From assembly GCF_006345805.1 (NCBI RefSeq), contig NC_043000.1, forward strand, positions 109,120,001 to 109,184,000: a stretch of DNA of 64,000 nt, in the 5' to 3' direction. Below, piece by piece: positions 51,983 to 64,000 of the stretch; within the stretch, counting starts at the first letter, position 1, and the number at the start of each line of letters is the position of its first letter. The position numbers were made by a program, and so were the translations under genes. Origin of the DNA: Octopus sinensis. Its lineage: Eukaryota. The notes under the pieces were generated by a model. That model saw only the letters and a list, made by a program, of their open reading frames with translations. It was not told the DNA's origin and did not search any database.

Positions 51983-54271
51983 TTAGTATTCCTGGCCCAG
52001 GGTGTTTAAACTTGGTCTAAATTTTTTTATGAAATATAGTTCTTTATTTTGGCGTTGTGTGAAGGTTGCGTTGTCACTGAATTTATAGAGTGGGTTAGTT
52101 GTAAATTTCGGATTTACATTTCCAGCACATCTATCTATGTGTCCGCTGACCGGTATTTTGCGGTAATCAGGGTTTCTAATTTGTGATTTATGCACCGCCA
52201 TCTTGTTACGTAAGCTATTTTTGTATGGCCTATATACTGCCTATTGCAGCCTGCGCATGTTATGACGTAAATTAAGTTTTCTGATGCGCAGGTGAAGTTT
52301 GTTCTAATGGTGAACTGGTGGCCTTGTTCCAGTATAAATTCTGATCCTTCTTTCAAGATGACACAGATTCCGCAGTTGGGCCTTCCACATTTTCTAACTG
52401 CTGGTTTTGTGGTTGATGTTGAGTGCAGTGTAGCTTGGGTTAAAATCCTTTTCAAGGATTTTGGTTGCCGTTTACTTTTAATGATGGTGTGTTTCGAGGA
52501 TCCGGTTCATCTTTGGGTCTCCCTTTAGTAGGGCTGTGCTTTGTAGTATGGTGTTGAAGGCCTCATTGTTGAGTGGGTTGTGTGTAGAGATGTAGGGAAG
52601 GGTTTTTAATTGTTCTTTCTTTTTTGGTTTTGTTTGTCTCAAGTCTTCTATACTTAATTTAAGTACCCGTTGGATTGCACTGTCTATTAGGGGCTGTGGA
52701 TAGTTTCTATTTGTGAGTGTGGTTCTAAGTTCCTGGAGACGTGTGTGTCGGGTGTTTGTGTCTGATATTATGGTGCAAATCCTTCTAGCTAAACAAAAAG
52801 GGACATTCATTCTAGTGTGTCGTGGGTGGCATGAATCAAAGGGTAGGTACTGTTTAGAGTCTGTCGGTTTATAGTAGATATCTGTCTCTATTTTGTTGCC
52901 GGTTTTCTTAATGAGGATGTCTAAAAATGGTAATTCTTTTTCGTTGTGGTCTATCGTGAATTGTATATTGTCATTTATTCCATATAATAGTATTTTAAAT
53001 TCCTCAAGTTTCTCTATACCTTTGTCCCAGATGATGAAACAGTCATCGTGGTATCTTTTCCAGTTGTTATGGATATAGGTGGCGAAGGTGTTTCCATATT
53101 TCTCGAGTGTTATCCGGTATAGTATTTTCTCGAGGTATCCCATCACTAGGTTGGCAAAAGATGGTGCAGTACGCGTGCAGTACGTGTGCCCATCGCTGTG
53201 CCCATCGCATTGTCAAAAATAAAATAATTGTTCTCTAAAATGAATCTAAGTCCTTCTATTATAAGGTCTTTGTTTATGCGAGTTGGGAGTTCAAAGGGGT
53301 AGTTATTCAGCCAGAAGGTGATCGCTTCTATTCCTAGGTTGTGAGGGATGTTAGAATAAAGATTAACTACGTCGAATGATACTAGAAGGGTTTTCTCATT
53401 GACTGTTTTAGGGAGGTGGTTGAGCATATCTATATCGTCTCTTACGTAGCTTTTGATGTGTTTTAGGAAAGGTTTAAGAAGTGTGTCTAAGAAATTGCTG
53501 AGGCGGTGAGTTTCACATGCTGGCCCTGCTATTATCGGTCTTAGTTTAAGATCATTTGGTGAAGGGATTTTGATGAGTGTGTCGGTGATGTTTTGCACGT
53601 TTCTCTAATGGTTGGCTTTTGTGTACCTTAGGGATACCATAGAACAAACTCGATTTGCATTTGAAGTTAGTGATGTATTCATACTCCTTGTTCGTGAGTC
53701 CTTCTTGGTATGTGTTGATTAATGTCCTAAGGTTATGCATTATTTTTTGCTGGTTATACTGTTGGGCCCTTTCATAATACGTTTCATCTCTTAATAGGGA
53801 TAGCACTAAATTTTTATAATCGTTTGTATTCATTATTACTATCGCGTTGCCCTTATCTGCCTCCTTAATTGTTATTGTTTTGTCTTCTCTTAGTTTGATG
53901 AGGTCGTTCCATTCTCTTTTGTTGAAGTTAGGGCTGTGTTTTTGTTTCTTGATGAATTGAAACGGGAAATTAGTTATGTAGTCACAATAGCGGTCTAAGG
54001 CTTTATTCTTTCCCTTGGTGGGGGTGTAATTGCTCTTGTTTCTAGCTATTGAGTCCTCCTCTATTTGTTTGTCTTGAAATGCCTCGGTGAGTCTTAGTTT
54101 TCTGCAAAATTCCGAAATATCATCTTTCATTTCATAGTAATTAGAACGTTGTGGGGTGGGTGTAAATTTAAGTCCTTTGGAGAGTATGCTTATTTCGTTA
54201 GGTGTAAGTTCTTTGTTTGAGAGATTGATTATCTTAATTACCTGAGGTTTCTTTTGTTTGTCCTTTGCCAT
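51983..54271 (-). pseudogene. PLE RT + GIY-YIG polyprotein with several frameshifts
   Basis: IINLSNKELT..LSKGLKFTPTP, KEADKG, LRPIIAG, SFDVVNLYSNIP, WKRYHDD, CGRPNCGIC, NLIYVITC..C..QYIG. Confidence 0.92.
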
Positions 54272-54592
54272 CGTGTGTCCCTGTTCCTGTGTGTAAGGTC
54301 TAAAAAATGGTTGGTGTAGTTATGTTCAAAGCTATTATTTATCTGTCTCATGTTGTTATAATTGTCAGAGTGAGTTTGTGGTGCTCTGTTCTGGAGTCTG
54401 TTGTTGAACCTAGTGTTCCGTCTTAGTTCCTCAGGTATATTGTGTTGGTAGTTGTTTCCTCCGTAGTGCATTTGTTGTTTGTTATGGTTGTATGGTTGGT
54501 TCCTGGGGTGGATGTTTGGTAGTAGCGTTTTGGTTTGGTTATGTGGGTTGTATTTTATAGTATTGTATGTTGTGGCTCTTAGGTTCGTGGAA

Positions 54593-54855
54593 TGGTGTGG
54601 TGGGACCCTATAAGTGTTTTGGGGTTGGTGTAGGTAGTGTGGGGTGCGTTTTAAATGCATTTTTCTGGTGTAGAGTGTGTTTGGATTTCTGGGTGTGTTC
54701 TGCTCTGTTGGTATGTCTATTTTCGAACTGGTGTGGGGCCTCTGTAGGTGTTTTGGGGTTGGTGTAGGTAGTGTGGGGTGTGTTTTAGGTGTACTTTTCT
54801 GGTGTAGAGTGTGGTAGGATTTCTTGGTGGTTGTTCCGTTCTGTTGGTATTTGGT
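54593..54855. repeat. Diverged tandem duplication (~135 bp) in the PLE 5' region
   Basis: GTGTTTTGGGGTTGGTGTAGGTAGTGTGGGGTG...TTTTCTGGTGTAGAGTGTG occurs twice. Confidence 0.85.
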
Positions 54856-54944
54856 TTTGATTTACTTAATTTTATGAAGGGGTTGTTGGATATGTGTTCA
54901 TTTTTGAAGTTGGTTTCATAATCTAGAAACCAGATGGCGCTCAT

Positions 54945-55047
54945 ATATATCACGTGATCACGAGACCGGCCAGACAATCAGATGTTGTTACACATCTCTA
55001 GTCACAATGCGTTCGCATTGTTTTAGCCTTCGAATGACGCCACCCCG
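54945..55047 (-). mobile_element. SINE 3' tail fragment, matching 62124-62237
   Basis: Reverse complement of GGCCTGCTCGCTTAGCCAGCGGGGTGGCGTCATTCGAAGG...CACGTGAT. Confidence 0.85.
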
Positions 55048-55448
55048 CTGGCTAAGCGAGCAGGCCACTAATATACATACATCTTTGAATTACCCGCTAG
55101 CAAACGGTCCATATCAAACTTCTACATTTTGTTATTCTGTCAGTAAAACGATCGGATATAAAAAGCGTTCCTTATTATCCGTCCTGCAACATATGAGAAG
55201 AGCGTAGCTTTTCGGCAGCTCACTGCATTTATATAATCCGAAAAACCATGATTGATAACGTTTTTATCTGTGTCGGGAGTTCGTAATACAATGAGGAAAA
55301 TAGAAGCCAAAACATGAGTAGTGCCAATGACCGAAACTCTCGATCCTTGAGTCACTTTGATTTGCCGATTAACTAAAAGACAATCTGTAATGATGTATTA
55401 ATTTATTCATTGCGTATATATCTATCTATATCTATCTATCTATCTATC

Positions 55449-55573
<125 letters not shown>

Positions 55574-56106
55574 ATATATTATATATATATTATATATATA
55601 TATATAATATACATGCATAAATACATACATATATATGCATATTTATATGTTTGTATCTATATATACATGTATGATATATGTGCATAGGTATATACATATA
55701 TACCATACGTGTATACTAAGCAATATTTGTAATCCTAAGCATTATACCAACGGAAACAATGAAAATGTCACCATAAGGAAGTAGCGCTTATCAATTCGGT
55801 CAACAAACTTGATTGTACAGCCGCGGTACTTGAGCACCTGTTGAGTTGGGAACTTAATGAAGATAATCATATCTTAAATGAAGCCAAGCAAAAGAATGTA
55901 CTACTCATCCTTAACATCTGCTGAATGAATTGCAAAATAAATCCAACGCCACCACCCAACCTTCATCCCCATAAAACTACTATTCCTTCCCCTACTCCCA
56001 ACACCTTTCACTTCTCCCCACCAAATACACACAGAAATACCCACATATCTCACTTGACCTTCAGATGGGTAAAAAAGAGAAAAACATCCTTCTGTGACTC
56101 ATCCAC

Positions 56107-56231
56107 TAATGTTATATCGCCTGAAGAAATGATCAATCCGATGCCCACGGGCTGCAGTGTAATCATCCCAGGAATGCAGAATATGATATAAAAAGTTATG
56201 TGATTAGTAGAAACGCGCGTAGCAATGCATT
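56107..56231 (+). ncRNA. Hammerhead ribozyme-like motif with ~80-nt helix II insertion
   Basis: ATCGC CTGAAGA [82 nt, with TGATCA/TGATTA pairing] GAAA CGCGCG TA GCAAT; distal TAATG/CATTA pairing. Confidence 0.55.
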
Positions 56232-56399
56232 AAGTGTATATAAATAAATCTCTAGGATTATTGTTATCTGTAATATATTAAAAGTCAGCTTGAATCTTGT
56301 TTGCTTGCTTGTAATGTTGCCCAGCCTAGCTGGCACATAATGGGTAAATACTATGAATTAAGTTTACCCTGAAATGTTAATACGAACGGAATAAAACAA

Positions 56400-57141
56400 G
56401 TTTCGCGTAAATCGGAAAAGTAGTTTCATAGATATTAGGGGTATAAATACTCAAAACGGTGCATAATGGGAAAATATTCCGAAAATAATCCTCATTCTAA
56501 AAGGAACGAAACTCTTTTCTTTCTATTAGACACAGTGACTTGACAACGAAAAATACGAGTTTTTTTTTTACAGTAAATGTTTCTATTTTCACTTTTGTGA
56601 AACAATATTTTATTCATTTAGAAATATTTTTAAGTGAATGTGATTTCAAAAATGTGTTTGTAAAGTAAGTATTTATATTTTAGCTTTCTTTAAAGAGACA
56701 ATATTTTAGTGTTTCTTAAACTTATTTTCAAGTGAATACCATTACAAAAATTCTTTTTACATATTTTAAAATAGTTTAAAGTGAAAATGACTTTAAAGAT
56801 ATGGTAAATATTTCGAAAAAGACCCGTTCATAACCTCGGTGTGAACTAGTTTTTTTCCATAGGTTTTTTTTTCGAGTGTATTCAACTTATCTCACCTCCA
56901 AAGATTTGGCTCCTATTTCTAGCACACCCTGCTACCACGAAACAGCTATTTGCGATAAAAAAACACGAAATACCTATTACGTGATAGCAGGGCGTGCAAG
57001 AAATAGCAACCAACTCTTTTCTTTTCTAGGAAAAAGAGCCGTTTACGCGTGATTTCGGAAAGAAAAACACGCCGCAAAACAAAACTCCGTTGTTGAGAAA
57101 CTCAGAGTTCCCGGTGATCCAGTGGGTCACGGGTAGTCTAG
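56400..57141 (+). mobile_element. Helitron-like non-autonomous element (5' boundary uncertain)
   Basis: 3' end GTGATCCAGTGGGTCAC hairpin followed by CTAG|T; homology to 20577-21389. Confidence 0.55.
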
Positions 57142-57547
57142 TTATTATTATATTTATCATACATAATATCGGTATAACTTGATGCAATCCTGAAAAATTG
57201 GCTCACAAGTCAGCATCATTAGATGGTGGCTGGCATAATGGGATAGGAGCTGTATTTGTATATTCAAAGCATTACTATAGACAAGATGTATACGTATATG
57301 TATGTGTGTGAGTATGTATATAATAATATAGTAGACGACTTGAGATGTTTGCCTTGCCTTAACATTTGTTGTCCTCTTTAACAATTTTGAATCCGCCATA
57401 TTGGAATCTGCAATGACTTCATAACTATCGTCTCAGCTACCACCTTGGATCCCTAGTAATACGTTACAGCACTTACCTAGCGTACCTAATCGTTTAGATC
57501 ATCTGTGAACTAAACCCCAATATTTTGTGTGTGTGTGTGTGTGTATT

Positions 57548-57578
<31 letters not shown>

Positions 57579-57579
57579 T

Positions 57580-57610
<31 letters not shown>

Positions 57611-58436
57611 GCAGACAGACAGACAGACATATACTAATCTGCATGAAATCGCCGCCACCTATCAACTCATGACTCATAAACGTGCTGACTCCTTTCTCAC
57701 TTTTTCACTACATCGAACTTAGCCCTTCGAATCTTACTGGTATCATGACACCCATACATTTGCCTTTGCAACCTACCTGCTTCTGTTTCTCTCGGCAACC
57801 ATGCTGTGTTTCTTCACGACCCTAAATTAACAAATCCTTTTTCTCCCCAGAATGTTATCTCCTTGCAATTCCACCCACCCCCCTGTTCATATATTCTTCT
57901 CCCATCATCTTACAGTAAATCAAGGCGTATCAAGAAGAATCTTAATGGTGTTCAGTTCATCAGAAGCAGCGCCCCTGAACCTGTATATGTGGTTTTATAT
58001 GTAGTTATGTAAATGGGTTTGTGTTTACACTTATTCATGAGTGTGTGTGTGTGGTGTGTGTGTGTGTGTGTGCATGTGTGTGTGAAAAATTCTGAGAACT
58101 TGCTTTGCTTTCTTAGTGCAGCATAAGTGTTGATGCTGGTCTGTTTGGACGTGAGTGGCTTTAGTCTACGTATGTGTGTGTGTACGTATTTGTGTACCTG
58201 TTCTGTGTGTGTGTGTGTGTATGCATGTGTGTGTGAGTACGTATGCGTGTGACTGTTTTGCGTGTGTGCATGTGTGTGTGCGTAAGCGTGGGGCTGTTCT
58301 GTGTGTATGTGTGCATGTGTGTGTGAGTGCAAATGCGCGTACCTGTTCTGTGTGTGTGTATGTGATTGTGTGTGTTTTGTATCTGTTGCTAAGTGTGATA
58401 GTCGAATTGCGCATGCGATATCTAATGTGTGTGTAT

Positions 58437-58475
<39 letters not shown>

Positions 58476-58916
58476 TGTGTGTGTGCGTGTGTGTGTGTGT
58501 ATCTGTGTGTTAGATCTTCATTCATTAACAGACTGTTTGGCAATTCATTATCTTCGCTTGCGTTTCGTAAGCGCTACCCACCTATCCACGACTGAAATAT
58601 TAGCAACGTTGAAAGCTCTATCTTATCTTTCAACTTGCAACCTTCAACAACTAGAGAGAAAAAAAAAGAAAAACAATTTATCTACATATTTTATTAATAA
58701 AAATACGAAAGAAAAAATAAAATAAAGCCATCTGTACCCTTCCTTAAAGCAAACCAAACCCCATATACAGCAAAAATCTAGTCTCCGCGTCTCTCAAGAA
58801 AGACCTGTGCGTATATCTTTTGTGAACGATGTATTTGAAGCCAACAAACTCAACCTAGTATTAGAAATAGCAGCCAGAATCTCCTTCAAATCATGTTGCA
58901 AAAAGACCAAAATAAT

Positions 58917-59365
58917 CCTTTCTGTTATATGCACATGACCTGAAATTTGAGAAGAGGGTAATTGGTCGATTATTTCGACCCTAGAGCTGAACTGTACTAT
59001 TTTAAGGACCCCGAAAGGAGGAAAAGCGAAACTGACCTCAGCGGCTTTTGAACTTATAACGAAAAGACGGACGAAATGCTGCTAAGCATTCATTTTATCC
59101 GGCGTGTTAACAATTCTGCTACCTCGCTGCCTTTAAAAAGACATCAATAATCGTTTTTACTATAAGCACAAGGCCTGAAATTCTGGGAGAAGAGATAATT
59201 CGATTACATCGACCCCAGTGTTTAACTGCTATTTAATTTATCGACCTCGAAAGGATGAAAGGCAAAGTCGAGCTCGGTGGAATTTGAATACCGAACGTAA
59301 CGACGGACGAAATGTCGCTAGGCAATTTTCCGGTGTCTTAACGATTCTGTCAGTTCCTTGCCTTT
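58917..59365 (-). mobile_element. Two tandem Nin/Deu-like SINE monomers
   Basis: GAAAGGA.GAAA.GC.AA...GA.CTC.G.GG..TTTGAA motif twice, each ending GCCTTTAAAA. Confidence 0.75.
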
Positions 59366-59499
59366 AAAAATACTTTAATAATAAAAAGACGACATGGTTA
59401 TGGATGTAAACATATTAAATCATAAATCTGCTTTATCTTCCTTGGTCTAAGGTTAAAGAACAAAATTTCTACCCGCAGGAAGCTTTATCTTTTAGTGGC

Positions 59500-59700
59500 T
59501 TCAGCCATCGGGCCTTACAGGAGCACTGCCGTGAAAGGTTATGGTCGAACAGATCGATCCTGATATTTGTGTTTTTGTTTCCGTTTGGTACTTATTCTAT
59601 CATCCCTTTCTACCGAACCGCTAAGTTATGGGGACGTACACAAACCAACACCGACTGTAGAGGAGGGAACAACCACGGATAACAAAGACGTACCTGCATA
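59500..59700 (-). mobile_element. SINE 3' fragment
   Basis: GGTACTTATTCTATC...CCGAACCGCTAAGTTATGGGGACGTA. Confidence 0.6.
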
Positions 59701-59796
59701 TACACACACATACATACATGCGTACATAGTACACCCACACACGTGCTTGTTGCTTCTACGTCTGTCTTCGTCATTTGTTTTCTGTATATTTGGACA

Positions 59797-59843
<47 letters not shown>

Positions 59844-59916
59844 GGTCCCGGGTTGATCCGGGGTTAACCACAGTAAGTAAGGTACTCAATACATAGCAGA
59901 GAGTAAAATTAATTTA

Positions 59917-60038
59917 TTATATAGAAGGAGCTTCTACAGGACTAGTACTGTTTCATTCAAGAGAAATCTTCAGGAAGCTTCCTGAAGATTTCTCTTGAAT
60001 GAAACAGTACTAGTCCTGTAGAAGCTCCTTCTATATAA
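59917..60038. repeat. Perfect 122-bp spacerless palindrome within a TA-flanked unit; each arm holds an HHR-like core
   Basis: Centre AAG|CTT at 59977/59978; CTGAAGA t TTC tctt GAA t GAAAC agtacta GTC on both strands. Confidence 0.9.
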
Positions 60039-60051
60039 ATAAATTATATAT

Positions 60052-60423
<372 letters not shown>

Positions 60424-60559
60424 GCGGCGCCCGTACCCTTTTTGTTCTTGTATGTAAGTACATATTTCTTCAAATTTGGTACGACTCTATAACACTGTCT
60501 CTCTCTCCCCCTCTCCTACATTTCTCTGCCTTTCACACTTAGCACTCCACTTTGATCTG

Positions 60560-60599
<40 letters not shown>

Positions 60600-61282
60600 T
60601 CCTCCTTTTCTCTTTTCTTGCCTCTGATTCTTTGGTCTCCTCTTCCCCCACTCTCTCATATTTCTATGTCTTTCTCACTTTGCACCTCACTGATTCTGTC
60701 GCCAAGCCAATCCTTGGCATGCTCTCTTTTTTCTCCTCTCTTTAATTCCTTCTTTCTCTCTCTTCTCCCACCTCCTTTGGTGCCTTTGTTCCTCTTTTTC
60801 TCTCTCTCCTTGATTCCTTTGCCCCCTTTTTTTCTCTCTCTTCTCCTCTCACGTGACCGCTGGTCAACCAACCTTTCAGCTTCTGGCCACCGCCACGAGA
60901 ACAACGTTTGCTTCGTCTGCCGAAAAAGGCATTGTTTTCCAAATACGCCAGTTAAGCTAAGTTGTACTGTCTATAGTCGTAAGACACCCGCTGTTTTTGT
61001 CCTGTTATTACTATTATTGTTTTTTGTATTTTTATTCGTGTGGCATCGTCCGTTTTTCTGTCCTTGTTTCGTATACATTCGATCCTTTTTCCAAGAAATC
61101 TAATGCTCGTAGCTTAGTTTTTCCTTGGGGCTGGCCGGATCGGAGCGATCTCAAGATTAATCAACCGAAATTGCGAGGATGATCCGGTTCTTGACTGAAG
61201 AAGATTGAAGGCTGTTTTTTGTATCGTCTTCTAAATGTTTTGCGTTCTTGTCCCAGTTTGTATTGTTTACATATACACACAC

Positions 61283-61328
<46 letters not shown>

Positions 61329-61371
61329 TATATTATAGCGGCGCCCGTACCTTTTTGGTCTTGTATGTCAG

Positions 61372-61448
<77 letters not shown>

Positions 61449-61762
61449 GGATGGATCAAAAAACAGGAATAAGAAGGTAACGGACGACAAAAAGACATAC
61501 AGATAGATGGACGAGGTTAAAGACGGACAGGAAAACCCAGGACGGAACATTCGTAGGTTTCTTTTATCAGTCAAGCTTCCAATCATCATTATGCTTTCGT
61601 CCTGTTACACTTGAGACTGTTCAAAATTGGTAGGCCCCAAAAATCTAAGCTGAGGGCATTTTTGGAAGAAAGAAAACGAATATGTGCGGCAACACAAACA
61701 AAAAAAAAGAGGAAACGGAGAAAATGTCACAAGATATATACACACACACATGCATACATACA

Positions 61763-61796
<34 letters not shown>

Positions 61797-61860
61797 CATA
61801 CATACATACATATATACATACATATATACATACATACATACACACATACATACATACATG

Positions 61861-61903
<43 letters not shown>

Positions 61904-61906
61904 GTG

Positions 61907-61937
<31 letters not shown>

Positions 61938-61942
61938 TGTGG

Positions 61943-62237
61943 TGGAGGCGCAATGGCCCAGTGGTTAGGGCAGCAGTTGTAGGATCGCGGTTTCGATTCC
62001 CAGACCGGGCGTTGTGAGTGTTTATTGAGCGAAAAGACCTAAAAAGCTCCACGAGATTCCGACAGGGGGTGGTGATCCCTGCTGTACCCTTTCACCACTC
62101 TTTCTCTCACTCTTTCGTCTGTTGGCCTGCTCGCTTAGCCAGCGGGGTGGCGTCATTCGAAGGCTTAAAAACAATGCGAACGCATTGTGACCAGCGATGT
62201 GTAGCAACATCTGATGTCTGGTCGGTCACGTGATCAC
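61943..62237 (+). mobile_element. tRNA(Arg)-like SINE, tail type 3
   Basis: Head almost identical to 36346; different 3' tail ending CACGTGATCAC. Confidence 0.88.
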
Positions 62238-62250
62238 ATATATATATGTA

Positions 62251-62355
<105 letters not shown>

Positions 62356-62393
62356 TATATGTATATATGTATATAGCGATATACACATGCATA

Positions 62394-62660
<267 letters not shown>

Positions 62661-63595
62661 GTCTATGTATGTATGTATTTATGTATGTATGTATGTATGT
62701 ATATATGCATGTATGCATGTATGTATTTATGTATTGATGGATGGATGGATGGATGGATGTTTGTTCTGTCAGAAAAAAAAACGGCCGTAATGATAAAAAG
62801 GAAGTACTGCATGAGTAAAGGGATATTTAAAGAACTCAACGTAGTCATATCTGGATAGCTACCATGCTTAAATCTATTTAGCACACTAAAATATCACATT
62901 GGTCATACGGATCAGAATACATATATAAGAACATTAAAAGTATCAGACCTCCCGTACTCGTATATTTCTTGTAATTGTGTACAGGAGAAAGACAAAAATA
63001 CATATGTTTACTTCGTCAGAGATACATTAATAACTGGTTGAAAGCAGAAAAAAAACAACAAAAAAACTCTAATTGTACAGGATTTGGTAAAACGAGACGA
63101 AATGTCTACATCTGTTTTAGCTGCAATAAACTTTACAGAAAAGATCTCAGATTTCAACAATAGACGTCAAAAGTATTTTAAAGTCAACTTTTGAAATATA
63201 TATGATATTATTAATGCTGGAAAAACACCTTTCGTGACAGCAAAAAGATAAAAGGATTTCATGCGTAAAAGGATTTTTTAAAAAGCTCAAAGGAAGTATG
63301 CAAAAAAAAAAGAAATATTTATTTTGAGGATTGGTGTCTGAATCTAAATAGAAATTGAGGATCGTCACACATACCGAGGTAAAGGTGTAAACACACTAAA
63401 GTCGTTGATTTTTCAAATATTTTGATGTTTGTCTCTTAAGCTGTTTTATAACAAAATCTTTTGGGATGAAATAGAGAGAAGCGTGCATGGCTGTGTGATT
63501 CAGAATCTCTCTTGAAATCATGTGGTTTCGAGTTCAATCTCAATGCGCAGCGCACCTTGGGCAAATGCTTTTTACAATTTCACTCTCTCTGTCTC

Positions 63596-63627
<32 letters not shown>

Positions 63628-63880
63628 TATTCAAAGGAATTCCAACTCTGTTTTTTATGTTTTATTTGTATTCTTTATAATATTAATGTAGAATATAGAA
63701 TATATAGTATAAATAATATATATAGTAAAATGAAATGAAGTATTGATTGTCTTATTGAATAGATAAAATATTGAATATCAAATATTAAGGGACTAGTATA
63801 CTTTCTCGCATTTAAGCGGTCTTCAAGGTCCCAGGTTGTGTGAAATAAATGTTTAACTACACACAATCATACAACTCCTT

Positions 63881-63912
<32 letters not shown>

Positions 63913-64000
63913 TATTATATATATATATATATATATATTATTGTTTAAGAGAGCAACAAACGGGAAATCATATACATTATTATTATTGGGGGGGAAAAAT

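Larger units (their letters stand above)
51025..54935 (-). mobile_element. Penelope-like retroelement (Neptune-type), longer copy, 3' end at (TA)n
   Basis: Colinear protein homology with 4152-6200; extra N-terminal region; ~950-bp 3' UTR with motif array and HHR. Confidence 0.92.

Overview
AT-rich, microsatellite-saturated eukaryotic non-genic DNA. The SINE families and repeat landscape suggest an octopus/cephalopod genome (inference). I could not support any host protein-coding exon, and almost all listed ORFs are translations of simple repeats. The real content is transposon-derived. There are two Penelope-like retroelements (RT + GIY-YIG, minus strand, 3357-6200 and 51025-54935) plus older PLE fragments, four mariner elements, and CR1, RTE and R4/Dong LINE remnants. 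There are also three non-autonomous Helitrons and many tRNA-derived SINEs. The most notable hidden layer is a set of about a dozen minimal type I hammerhead ribozyme (HHR) motifs, mostly in short (TA)n-embedded pLTR-like or fold-back units. They show compensatory 3-8 core variants (C-G, U-A, G-C) and mostly palindromic helix III. One sits in the 3' part of a tRNA-headed SINE (33591-33891). All structures were read by eye, so coordinates of degenerate elements are approximate.
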